Part shown: positions 1 through 8,933 of the stretch, in pieces
Numbering within the stretch: position 1 is the stretch's first letter
Layout: each line of letters starts with the position of its first letter
IMG/VR virus record: IMGVR_UViG_641736163_000006
Reading direction: 5' to 3' (one strand)
Length of the DNA stretch: 13,814 nt
Source of the DNA: a virus
Lineage: Duplodnaviria; Heunggongvirae; Uroviricota; Caudoviricetes
Made by a program: the position numbers and the translations under genes
Notes under the pieces: generated by a model
The model's input: only the letters and a program-made list of their open reading frames with translations
Databases searched by the model: none
Told to the model about the DNA's origin: nothing

Positions 1-2913
1 TTAATTTCGTTTCAGATTAGCCAACGCTCGCAAAGGCCGCCTTTCCAGCTCGAATGTATCAATGAATCGCAATGAGGATCTGTCATCGATGAGTCCCAAT
101 GAGTCAATCAGCGCTTTACGCTCAGGTTCTCTCCATTGCCACAGGGGATGTGTAACGACTGCGCGCCAGAGTTCTTTTCCATCCTGAATTTCGGTAAGGA
201 CCGGTAATGAGTGCTCTTTTGACAATTTGATGGTTCCAGGTCGTAACGCCTCGACGTCTTCCGCCAGCTCAAATGCCCTGTCTCGCCACCCGACCATTTC
301 AGGATGAATCCAGTCATTGTCGTTCAAGCCGCAGGCGAATTCAGGTACTACCATTGCCCGTAAGTAGGCTATGCCTAAACGCCAGTCCAGTAAGCCGTGG
401 TACCGGCGGTTGCCATAACGTTGTATGCACTTGTAACAAGCAGTTTGGCATTGTGCGGGATGATCATTACTCAAGAAATCGACCATCGGCCAGTCGCTCT
501 TATTGTTCAGGATTTCATCCAGTAATGTGGCTACCAATGGAGGGTCGCCAGCAACCGATGGTTCGGCAAGCCGTCGGCATAATCCTGAACCGTTGATCAA
601 CGCGTCGGCGATTTGCAATATCGGTTTGCCGAAGTGCAACCGGGGTTCAAGCGTTTCGAACTCGTCTGGCGATACATCCAGATGGAGCGCGGCTTTATGC
701 GTTAATATTTGAGTCGCGCTGATAGCCGCCGCTCGCGTAGGCAAATTCATATATTCGCCGTATCTGGCGACCATATTCAGATTAAGGCGTTCATCGAATT
801 GCATTAACTCCAGGTGAAGCGACTCCGTCTCTTTGCTTGATACAAGCCCAAAGCTTTTCTTCTCTCCGGTGCACCGCCATCTAAAATTATTGCGCAGTCC
901 AGCCCAGTTTGAATCAATCGCCTGACTTCCTTTAATCGGCGATCGGTAGGTAGCTAAAGGAATCGGCACCTTTTGATCGCTCGCCAAATCAACGGTAAAG
1001 CGCTCTCCTTCTTTCTCCCCATTAATGGGCCCATCGTTAAGACGCAAAATAGTAACGCCGCCGCGCCGTACGATAAAAGAACCGCAACTTTCTGAGGCTC
1101 CTGTATGCAATACGGTCGCCGTAGTTTTTAACGACATACGGGTAAAGCTGTCCATCTCGTCCTTTGGCTCAAAATCTGTGCGGAAAGCGGCAGGCGTGAT
1201 ATAGAGTTCGAATTCGTCCGGGCTGATCGGCGTATCGCAATCCTTGCAGTTAATGTCACTATCAGGTTGACTTTGCTCCAGCTTTGCCGAACCGCATGCC
1301 GGACAAATCGCGACATAGTGACTCGATTCCAGCCATGAACATACCGTCGAGAGATCTGATACACGGTTGTCCTGGACCTGGGGTTCCCGATAATTGCCGG
1401 TGAAGCCGATCACCTCATGCTTTTTCTTATCCTTGATCAATACCGAACCAGGAGCATACTCAAAAACCGCAAGGTCAAGATCGCGATCCATCGTTGACCA
1501 TTCGTATTCGGTTTGGTCATTCGCACCTTTTGTTTTGCGTAATCCCAGATAAAGGTTGCGTACCCGAGTCGGCATTCCATACATCGGCAATAGCCCTCGC
1601 TCAGCCAGAAAACAAGCAAGCCCTGTATTATCGTCAGGAGCGGAAGTTCCCAATCCCGCGATTTCTTCGATTATTTTTTCAGCGTTGATTGCGGAATAAA
1701 GGCGTTGGCGTTGACCGGGGGCGAACGTTGCGGCTTCGATAAAACGCTCACGTATATTCTGAGTCGCCTCCAGCGCGCTGTACAATAGTTTGGCCCAGTC
1801 AGCTTTATCATCATGATAGTAATCATGCGTTGAAACATATTCGCCATGAATATCAGGCGGTACGAGTTTATCGCCAGGGAATGTTATTTTGTTCTTACGG
1901 CATTCTTCACGCAGAAGATTAAATGCGCTTCTGAGCCAAATTTTCCGCAGAAGTCTTTTGGGTATATCATCATGATCGACCGCCAGGAAGGGCGGCGGCG
2001 GCGGATCGCCGGTGATCGCGTGAGGGTGTGCGAAATAGTAAGCATCATGAGTACGCCCGCGACAAAACGTGATAACGAAAGAAAATGCCTGGCCGCGTCG
2101 TCCGGCGCGACCGACGCGCTGCTGGTAATTAAATCGCTGGGGCGGCATGTTGGCCTGATAAACTGACTGAAGCGAACCGATATCAATACCGACTTCCATC
2201 GTTGTGGTAACGGCAAGCATATCGATTTCCGCATCCAGTTTTTCAAGTTCGCTCATCTTATCGACGAAAATCCCCTTGAATTTACGCAACCGCTCGGAAA
2301 AATCATCCGTTTGCCCGGTCAATTCTTCGACGTTCAACCGGAAACGTTTAACACCATCTCGTTCCCCGCGCACGATGCGTTTGCCAAGAAAATTGTCTTC
2401 CCATAGCTTTTCAACGACGCCGCTGGGTTCAATATTGAGCGGATTTACGCAACGGGTACAATGCTTAAACCCTAAATGTAAGTGAATTCGTCCGCAGTTG
2501 CTGCATTGCCAGTAATGATCGCCAGGTTTAGCGACCTTAAGAAACAATTTGCCGATACTAATTAATCCCGCCGTATGTTTCAGATCAGCAAACTGCTTTA
2601 AGATACTCGTCAGACCTTCCTGATAGAGGTTATCGCCGAATAAAACTCTGGCGACGCGCTTAACTTTCTCTTTGTCGACATTCGCTCCGACATGCCAGTC
2701 CCGGGTGCGGCTGGCGTCGAAATATTTATTTTCCTTAACGCGATAGACGCCGGAAAACACCCTCAGCCACGCATCGAGTTGCGGCATATCATCTTTACCA
2801 GCGATGCACGGATACGCCAGTCCAGTTTCTTCCAGCGCGAAAAAGATATTGGCGAAAATTACGTCGTCTATCAGTTCAAATTGATCATCGAATATTTTCG
2901 TTTTTATCTTCAT
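1..2913 (-). CDS. 5'-truncated SF2 helicase: C-terminal RecA-like domain plus long Zn-ribbon / DUF1998(MrfA)-like tail; defense-associated helicase remnant (DruE/MrfA-like, family not verified)
   Basis: 970-aa ORF with stop at 1-3. Helicase motif V (TTTMEVGIDIG) and motif VI (QRVGRAGRRGQ) lie about 235-275 aa from the Met. CxxC...CxxC clusters occur at WQCSNCGRIHLHLGFKHCTRC and CPACG...CKDC, and the tail has CQTACYKC...LDWRLG. No Walker A (GxxxxGK[ST]) or DExH motif anywhere, so the ATPase RecA1 domain is missing. The minus-strand frame stays open from 2913 up to 3099 across the IS1 junction, and there is no SD before the ATG at 2913. Confidence 0.6.
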   Translation of the reverse strand: MKIKTKIFDDQFELIDDVIFANIFFALEETGLAYPCIAGKDDMPQLDAWLRVFSGVYRVKENKYFDASRTRDWHVGANVDKEKVKRVARVLFGDNLYQEGLTSILKQFADLKHTAGLISIGKLFLKVAKPGDHYWQCSNCGRIHLHLGFKHCTRCVNPLNIEPSGVVEKLWEDNFLGKRIVRGERDGVKRFRLNVEELTGQTDDFSERLRKFKGIFVDKMSELEKLDAEIDMLAVTTTMEVGIDIGSLQSVYQANMPPQRFNYQQRVGRAGRRGQAFSFVITFCRGRTHDAYYFAHPHAITGDPPPPPFLAVDHDDIPKRLLRKIWLRSAFNLLREECRKNKITFPGDKLVPPDIHGEYVSTHDYYHDDKADWAKLLYSALEATQNIRERFIEAATFAPGQRQRLYSAINAEKIIEEIAGLGTSAPDDNTGLACFLAERGLLPMYGMPTRVRNLYLGLRKTKGANDQTEYEWSTMDRDLDLAVFEYAPGSVLIKDKKKHEVIGFTGNYREPQVQDNRVSDLSTVCSWLESSHYVAICPACGSAKLEQSQPDSDINCKDCDTPISPDEFELYITPAAFRTDFEPKDEMDSFTRMSLKTTATVLHTGASESCGSFIVRRGGVTILRLNDGPINGEKEGERFTVDLASDQKVPIPLATYRSPIKGSQAIDSNWAGLRNNFRWRCTGEKKSFGLVSSKETESLHLELMQFDERLNLNMVARYGEYMNLPTRAAAISATQILTHKAALHLDVSPDEFETLEPRLHFGKPILQIADALINGSGLCRRLAEPSVAGDPPLVATLLDEILNNKSDWPMVDFLSNDHPAQCQTACYKCIQRYGNRRYHGLLDWRLGIAYLRAMVVPEFACGLNDNDWIHPEMVGWRDRAFELAEDVEALRPGTIKLSKEHSLPVLTEIQDGKELWRAVVTHPLWQWREPERKALIDSLGLIDDRSSLRFIDTFELERRPLRALANLKRN

Positions 2914-3066
2914 TTTTTCAGAAGAAGGAAGTCTTTCACTGTATTTAATGATTTCATCTTCTTTAATGAAATTAGCATACCAAACAGTACTATCATCTTC
3001 TTCTGAATTAGGGTGATGCTGCCAACTTACTGATTTAGTGTATGATGGTGTTTTTGAGGTGCTCCA

Positions 3067-3342
3067 GTGGCTTCTGTTTCTATTAGCTGTCCCTCCTGTT
3101 CAGCTACTGACGGGGTGGTGCGTAACGGCAAAAGCACCGCCGGACATCAGCGCTATCTCTGCTCTCACTGCCGTAAAACATGGCAACTGCAGTTCACTTA
3201 CACCGCTTCTCAACCCGGTACGCACCAGAAAATCATTGATATGGCCATGAATGGCGTTGGATGCCGGGCAACTGCCCGCATTATGGGCGTTGGCCTCAAC
3301 ACGATTTTACGTCACTTAAAAAACTCAGGCCGCAGTCGGTAA
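3067..3342 (+). CDS. insA: IS1 InsA (transposition inhibitor / N-terminal part of InsAB' transposase)
   Basis: 91-aa product [22 protein letters not shown]...LKNSGRSR recognised as IS1 InsA; GTG start. Confidence 0.9.
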
Positions 3343-3764
3343 CCTCGCGCATACAGCCGGGCAGTGACGTCATCGTCTGCGCGGAAATGGACGAACAGTG
3401 GGGCTATGTCGGGGCTAAATCGCGCCAGCGCTGGCTGTTTTACGCGTATGACAGTCTCCGGAAGACGGTTGTTGCGCACGTATTCGGTGAACGCACTATG
3501 GCGACGCTGGGGCATCTTATGAGCCTGCTGTCACCCTTTGACGTGGTGATATGGATGACGGATGGCTGGCCGCTGTATGAATCCCGCCTGAAGGGAAAGC
3601 TGCACGTAATCAGCAAGCGATATACGCAGCGAATTGAGCGGCATAACCTGAATCTGAGGCAGCACCTGGCACGGCTGGGACGGAAGTCGCTGTCGTTCTC
3701 AAAATCGGTGGAGCTGCATGACAAAGTCATCGGGCATTATCTGAACATAAAACACTATCAATAA
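3261..3764 (+). CDS. insB: IS1 InsB reading frame (expressed as InsAB' fusion by -1 frameshift)
   Basis: 167-aa frame ending ...HYLNIKHYQ, overlapping the insA 3' end in the -1 frame, as in IS1. Confidence 0.9.
3318..3324 (+). promoter_or_regulatory. A6C slippery heptamer for programmed -1 ribosomal frameshift (insA to insB)
   Basis: AAAAAAC lies within the insA/insB overlap (sequence TTAAAAAACTC), the established IS1 frameshift site. Confidence 0.7.
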
Positions 3765-3779
3765 GTTGGAGTCATTACC

Positions 3780-5016
3780 TAAGGAGTTGATTGGCAAATT
3801 TCGTTTATTGCCGAAAAAATTAACCACAAAGGAAAAAGATGAATCCAAAAATGGACACGTTCATTTTTCTAACCCTAAACGAGCAGCCGACCATTTATTT
3901 AAGAATTTTGATCTGATACCAGAGTTTCGTATTATTGGCGACTTCCCGGTTGATAGTCACATTATCTCTGCGCTATGGATTAACATGGTCGGGCATAAAT
4001 TTGATGCCAGCTTAGATAACTGTTGCTATGGCGCGCGGCTAAAACGTATTCGTAATGATGAATTGTTTAGCAATGAGCAGGATAATCCATTCCATATCAG
4101 TGCTGTGGGTTCTTTTAGCTCCTACTTCCAGCCCTACCAAAAATGGCGTGGTGATGGCTTAAAAGCTATACGTGACGAACTGGAAAAAGATCACGATATT
4201 ATCGCCGCTTCACTGGATTTAAAAAGTTACTATCATTTTATTGATCCACTGGCTATAACTTCTGACGATCTCTGTGACGCGCTAAACGTAAAACTGACTG
4301 AGGATGAAAAAGCGTTTACTGAACAGTTAGCAATATTCTTAAAGCACTGGTCTGACGGCGCAGCAACGTTTGGAAAGAAAATAGCGTACAAAACACCAGT
4401 TATTAATGGTGGTCTGGTCATTGGATTGACGGCCAGTCGGATCATATCTAATATACTGCTACACCAGTGGGATAAATTAGTCATTGAGAAACTATCGCCG
4501 ATCCACTACGGTCGTTATGTCGATGATATGTTCCTCGTGATACGCGATACAGGTAAAATTACTAATAATCACGAATTTATGTTATTGCTGCAAGAGCGGC
4601 TTGGCAACGATTGCATTAGCCAGAAAAACGGGCAAGAACAGATATGGCAAATACAGCAGGGTGAGCAGTTTCAGGGTAAGACTACCATCCAGTTACAATC
4701 CGATAAGCAAAAACTTTTCGTGCTTCAGGGGCGGGCGGGAATAGACCTGCTCGACAGTATCGAAAAGGAGATCTACGAGCTTTCTAGTGAACACCGCTTG
4801 ATGCCTTCACCGGATCAACTGGAACACTCCACCGCGGCTAAAGTCCTTTCCGCTGCCGGTAGCGTGGGTGAAAATGCCGATACTCTGCGCCGTGCGGATG
4901 GATTAACCATCCGTCGTTTGGGCTGGTCACTGCAATTACGCTACGTTGAAACACTGGCGCGAGATCTGCCTCCAGGTGAATGGAAAGAACAGCGGGAAGA
5001 GTTTTATCAGTTTGCC
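3780..5016 (+). pseudogene. UG/Abi-type reverse transcriptase (DRT1-like), RT-domain fragment; 5' end removed at the IS1-A junction, 3' end interrupted by IS1-B
   Basis: RT motif A (IIAASLDLKSYYHFID), motif B-like (INGGLVIGLTASRIISNILL) and motif C (HYGRYVDDMFLV; YVDD at 4516-4527). The ORF-track start at 3766 is a TTG inside the IS1 end; the first native base is 3780 and no plausible native start follows. Confidence 0.75.
5008..5016 (+). repeat. Target-site duplication (left copy) of IS1 copy B: CAGTTTGCC
   Basis: Identical 9-mer directly flanks both ends of IS1-B (5008-5016 and 5785-5793). Confidence 0.85.
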
Positions 5017-5071
5017 GGTGATGCTGCCAACTTACTGATTTAGTGTATGATGGTGTTTTTGAGGTGCTCCA

Positions 5072-5347
5072 GTGGCTTCTGTTTCTATTAGCTGTCCCTC
5101 CTGTTCAGCTACTGACGGGGTGGTGCGTAACGGCAAAAGCACCGCCGGACATCAGCGCTATCTCTGCTCTCACTGCCGTAAAACATGGCAACTGCAGTTC
5201 ACTTACACCGCTTCTCAACCCGGTACGCACCAGAAAATCATTGATATGGCCATGAATGGCGTTGGATGCCGGGCAACTGCCCGCATTATGGGCGTTGGCC
5301 TCAACACGATTTTACGTCACTTAAAAAACTCAGGCCGCAGTCGGTAA
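5072..5347 (+). CDS. insA: IS1 InsA (copy B)
   Basis: Protein identical to copy A InsA. Confidence 0.9.
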
Positions 5348-5769
5348 CCTCGCGCATACAGCCGGGCAGTGACGTCATCGTCTGCGCGGAAATGGACGAA
5401 CAGTGGGGCTATGTCGGGGCTAAATCGCGCCAGCGCTGGCTGTTTTACGCGTATGACAGTCTCCGGAAGACGGTTGTTGCGCACGTATTCGGTGAACGCA
5501 CTATGGCGACGCTGGGGCATCTTATGAGCCTGCTGTCACCCTTTGACGTGGTGATATGGATGACGGATGGCTGGCCGCTGTATGAATCCCGCCTGAAGGG
5601 AAAGCTGCACGTAATCAGCAAGCGATATACGCAGCGAATTGAGCGGCATAACCTGAATCTGAGGCAGCACCTGGCACGGCTGGGACGGAAGTCGCTGTCG
5701 TTCTCAAAATCGGTGGAGCTGCATGACAAAGTCATCGGGCATTATCTGAACATAAAACACTATCAATAA
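5266..5769 (+). CDS. insB: IS1 InsB reading frame (copy B)
   Basis: Protein identical to copy A InsB. Confidence 0.9.
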
Positions 5770-5784
5770 GTTGGAGTCATTACC

Positions 5785-5793
5785 CAGTTTGCC
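5785..5793 (+). repeat. Target-site duplication (right copy) of IS1 copy B: CAGTTTGCC
   Basis: See the left copy at 5008-5016. Confidence 0.85.
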
Positions 5794-7566
5794 TACAACC
5801 ATATTCTTAGGGCCGATAATCTATTTGCACATTTTAGTTATCTGCCAAGGTTGCTTGGCTTTGCTATCAGTATGAATGAATGGCAGCACGCGGAAAAAAT
5901 TGTACTTAAAGCTTACGAATCCATCAATCTGCTGGCCTCGGTGATTACCTCAGGCAAGGAAGTGACTATAAATGGTTGCAAAACTCGAGCAGTAAATGAT
6001 CTTTGGCGTTGTATAAAAGGCACCTTAAGCTGGCTATTTGTTGATGCAGCAACACGATATTACAATCCTGATAAATTATTTCTTGATAAACATTCCAAGA
6101 AAGAAGAGTGTCTTGCGGATACATTTTTTAATCATATTTCACAAAGCCTGACAAACCTAAAGGATTTACTGGATCTTCGTTTTGATTCAGCAGACTTTTA
6201 TTTAAAAGTGCCATTGGTAGCTCGGGCTGACTTAGCAAAAGAACCTTATAAACAGATCGTAAAGAGTCAGTCCGCAGAAAAACTTGTTAATCAGCGTGAT
6301 AGTAAAAAAGAAGCTAAAATACTGAAATTAATGAGCACTTCATCGCTTATTGATATTGATGTTATTAAGCTATTTTTGAAATCAACCAAGAATACCCGAC
6401 TGGAAAAAGTGGCTAAAGGAAATCGTAAGAATGAGAGTTACTTACCTTACATTTTCCCTACACGTCCTTTAACACCCGCTGAAATATCTGAACTGGCCCC
6501 CGAATGTGTTGGATTACCCTCCAGATACGACAAAAACTCAGATGGAAGGCCGTCCACTATTTGGGCCAAATATACGCAAGCATTACGTGGAGTATGGATC
6601 AAACCGACATTGCTGGCATCGGAGCAAGACTCAGACGAAGCGACAAAAACAGTTCGGCCTAAGAAATTCATTCATATTGGTACAGACAGGAAACATAAAA
6701 TTGTCGTTGCGCTAACCAGCATCAAAACCGATGAGGACGACTGGGCTAAAATGGCCTGTAACAAATCTAACCTGTCCCGTTCAAGGTATCAGCGGATTTC
6801 TGAACTGGTTAATGCAACATTGAAACTGTCGCCTAAACCCGATTATGTTTTATTCCCTGAGCTTTCAATTCCGTTACGTTGGGTTAACAGTATTGCCGAT
6901 CGTTTGAGTTCGGCGGGTATCAGTCTGATTGCGGGGACGGAATACCGCCACTTTGACGATAATCAACTGAAGAGTGAAGCAGTGCTTGTCCTGTCAGATA
7001 ACCGACTCGGCTATCCGGCGAGTGTCAAAATATGGCAACCCAAGCTGGAACCCGCTGTAGGTGAAGATGAGGCATTGTTTTCAACGTTTGGTAAGTCCTG
7101 GGCATTTTCAACGCTTAATCCGAAACATCGTAAACCTGTATATATTCATCACGGCGTCAATTTTGGCGTTATGATTTGCTCTGAACTCCAGAACAGCAAA
7201 GCAAGGATCCGGTTTCAGGGCGCGGTCGACGCATTGATGGTATTGAGCTGGAATAAAGATCTGGATACGTTTGCATCGTTGATTGAATCAGCAGCGCTGG
7301 ATGTTCATGCCTATACCATCTTGGTGAATAACCGAAAATATGGCGACAGCCGGGTACGTTCTCCGGCAAAAGAATCCTTTATGCGCGATATTGCCCGCGT
7401 GAAGGGCGGTGATAATGACTTTGTGGTTGCTGCAACGCTGGATATCGATGCGTTAAGGGCATTCCAGAGCAGGGCAAAACGCTGGTCTAAAGATGGCGAT
7501 AAATTCAAGCCATTGCCTGAAGGATTCCAGTTGGCAAAGAATCGTAAAAAACTACCGCCAAAATAA
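5785..7566 (+). pseudogene. 3' portion of the same RT gene: helical linker plus C-terminal nitrilase-like (C-N hydrolase) domain
   Basis: Frame continues from the 3780-5016 fragment once IS1-B and one duplication copy (777 bp, a multiple of 3) are removed. Nitrilase-like triad: E in YVLFPELSIP (6859-6861), K in SVKIWQPKLEP, C in GVNFGVMICSELQ (7177-7179). Stop at 7564-7566. Confidence 0.65.
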
Positions 7567-7692
7567 GAAACTGATTTCGTTATTATAGATCAGGGTATTT
7601 TTGCGTGAGAGGCCGGAAAACAGGATGTCGCCCCTGTGTAAGTTCACAGAGATATTGCAATTGCCTCCGGATAAGTAAGGGGAGATTGCACT

Positions 7693-8739
7693 ATGCAAAT
7701 GCAGCATCTGATGGTTGGCTATCCTAAGTACTACCAAACGGCCGATTATGCGTTGAGGCTTTCAGTGATGGCTGATATAGCAACAATGAGAATGAAGGCT
7801 CTGCACTTCTGGGATAAACACGGTATTTCTGCAGCTTCTGAAGCCTTTGGCGTGTCCTGCCGCACGCTTTACTGGTGGCGTCAGTTACTGAACAAGGAAG
7901 GACCTGAGGGGCTAATCCCGCACAGTAAGGCACCTCTGGTGCGACGAAAAAAACACTGGCATCCCGATGTGCTGAAAGAGATTCGACGCCTCAGGACAGA
8001 GCTGCCGAACCTCGGTAAAGAGCAGATTTTTGTTCGCCTGAAGCCCTGGTGCGAACAGCGCTATCTGGCCTGTCCGAGTGTTTCCACCATCGGCAGAATG
8101 ATCGCTGCCGCACATGATAAAATGCGGATGATACCTGTGCGTCTGGGATCGCGGGGGAAGGCACTGCTTGTCAAAAAGCGGTCTGCCAAACCCCGCAGGC
8201 CAAAGCACTCCCGCCCGGTAAAGACAGGTGAGCTCATTGGGATGGACGCCATTGAGCTCAGAATGGGCGAACTGCGTCGCTATGTCATCACCATGATCGA
8301 CGAATGCAGCAATTACGCGCTGGCGCTGGCTGTGCCGTCACTCAACAGTGATATCGTCAATCACTTCTTCAGCCGCGCAGCCCGGTTGTTCCCGGTCGGT
8401 ATCAGCCAGATAATCACAGATAATGGAAAAGAGTTCCTGGGAAACTTCGACAAAACGCTGCAGGAAGCCGCTATCAAACACCTCTGGACCTATCCCTACA
8501 CGCCAAAAATGAACGCTATCTGTGAACGTTTTAACCGGACGTTAAGAGAGCAGTTTATTGAATTTAATGAGATTTTACTCTTTGAAGATCTGGCGCTATT
8601 TAACCAGAAGCTGGCGGAATATCTGGTGCTGTATAACAGCAAAAGACCCCACAAGGCGCTCGCACTAATGACGCCCGTGGAATATATTTTAAAAGAGAAT
8701 AAAAATTGCAATATGTGGTGGACCCATACATCTCCTTGA
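7693..8739 (+). CDS. DDE-type transposase with N-terminal HTH and integrase-core (rve-like) domain; IS481-family-like
   Basis: 348-aa ORF with SD GGGGAG 8 nt upstream. Single frame carrying an HTH (GVSCRTLYWWRQ) and DDE-like signatures (MIDECS ... ITDNGKEF ... ICERFNRTLREQ), an architecture typical of IS481-family transposases. Element ends not identified. Confidence 0.75.
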   Translation: MQMQHLMVGYPKYYQTADYALRLSVMADIATMRMKALHFWDKHGISAASEAFGVSCRTLYWWRQLLNKEGPEGLIPHSKAPLVRRKKHWHPDVLKEIRRLRTELPNLGKEQIFVRLKPWCEQRYLACPSVSTIGRMIAAAHDKMRMIPVRLGSRGKALLVKKRSAKPRRPKHSRPVKTGELIGMDAIELRMGELRRYVITMIDECSNYALALAVPSLNSDIVNHFFSRAARLFPVGISQIITDNGKEFLGNFDKTLQEAAIKHLWTYPYTPKMNAICERFNRTLREQFIEFNEILLFEDLALFNQKLAEYLVLYNSKRPHKALALMTPVEYILKENKNCNMWWTHTSP

Positions 8740-8793
8740 CCTTTTGGTCCGTAAGAGGCTAATCTCTATGTGTCGCATAGATATGGCCTCAGA

Positions 8794-8879
8794 TTAACAT
8801 TAAGCGTCTTGCAGGACGCGTAATGTTAACTGGGGCTTTTCTCTATCTGCCTTTTGGTGTTCATGCCTGAGGCAGATAG
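8794..8879 (+). repeat. Two adjacent strong inverted repeats (hairpins) of unknown function
   Basis: Hairpin 1 at 8794-8829: TTAACATTAAGCGTC / loop TTGCAG / GACGCGTAATGTTAA, a 15-bp stem with one mismatch. Hairpin 2 at 8843-8879: CTATCTGCCT / 17-nt loop / AGGCAGATAG, a 10-bp stem. Confidence 0.5.
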
Positions 8880-8933
8880 CCTCAAGCACCCGCAGCAATT
8901 CTACTTAACTCCCGTCACCTCGCCAATATAAAA

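Larger units (their letters stand above)
3012..3779 (+). mobile_element. IS1 insertion sequence, copy A (768 bp), no flanking target-site duplication
   Basis: Starts GGTGATGCTGCCAACTTACTGAT and ends ATAAGTTGGAGTCATTACC; carries canonical insA and insB. The 9 bp on each side (CTGAATTAG / TAAGGAGTT) do not match. Confidence 0.95.
5017..5784 (+). mobile_element. IS1 insertion sequence, copy B (768 bp), with perfect 9-bp target-site duplication
   Basis: Same ends as copy A, with InsA and InsB proteins identical to copy A; flanked by CAGTTTGCC direct repeats. Confidence 0.95.

Noticed and set aside
1990-2007. GGC-rich repeat (GGGCGGCGGCGGCGGATC)
   Set aside because: It simply encodes a polyproline run (DPPPPP) in the helicase after motif VI; not a microsatellite or regulatory element, though it may need EF-P for translation.
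273-2485. Several 60-120 aa ORFs on both strands (e.g. 273-596 +, 1846-2166 +, 1884-2246 -, 2204-2485 +)
   Set aside because: All are embedded in or antisense to the 970-aa helicase ORF, which has clear domain signatures; shadow ORFs.
2692-3006. 104-aa plus-strand ORF
   Set aside because: Lies antisense to the 5' end of the helicase ORF, is low complexity and AT-rich, and has no RBS; likely spurious.
3312-3730. Minus-strand ORFs inside IS1 (3312-3515, 3440-3730, and their copy-B equivalents 5317-5520, 5445-5735)
   Set aside because: Antisense to insB within a well-characterised insertion sequence; not known IS1 genes.
3766-3779. ORF-track start (TTG at 3766) of the 425-aa reverse transcriptase ORF
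   Set aside because: These first codons are IS1 terminal sequence; the in-frame stop at 3748-3750 is the only thing delimiting the ORF. Not a native start; native coding sequence begins at 3780.
7652-8714. Recurrence of the palindromic octamer ATTGCAAT (7652-7662, 8704-8714) and its half-site in the SIR2-upstream dyad
   Set aside because: Too short and too few copies in AT-rich DNA to distinguish from chance; cannot be assigned as IS terminal repeats or a shared operator.
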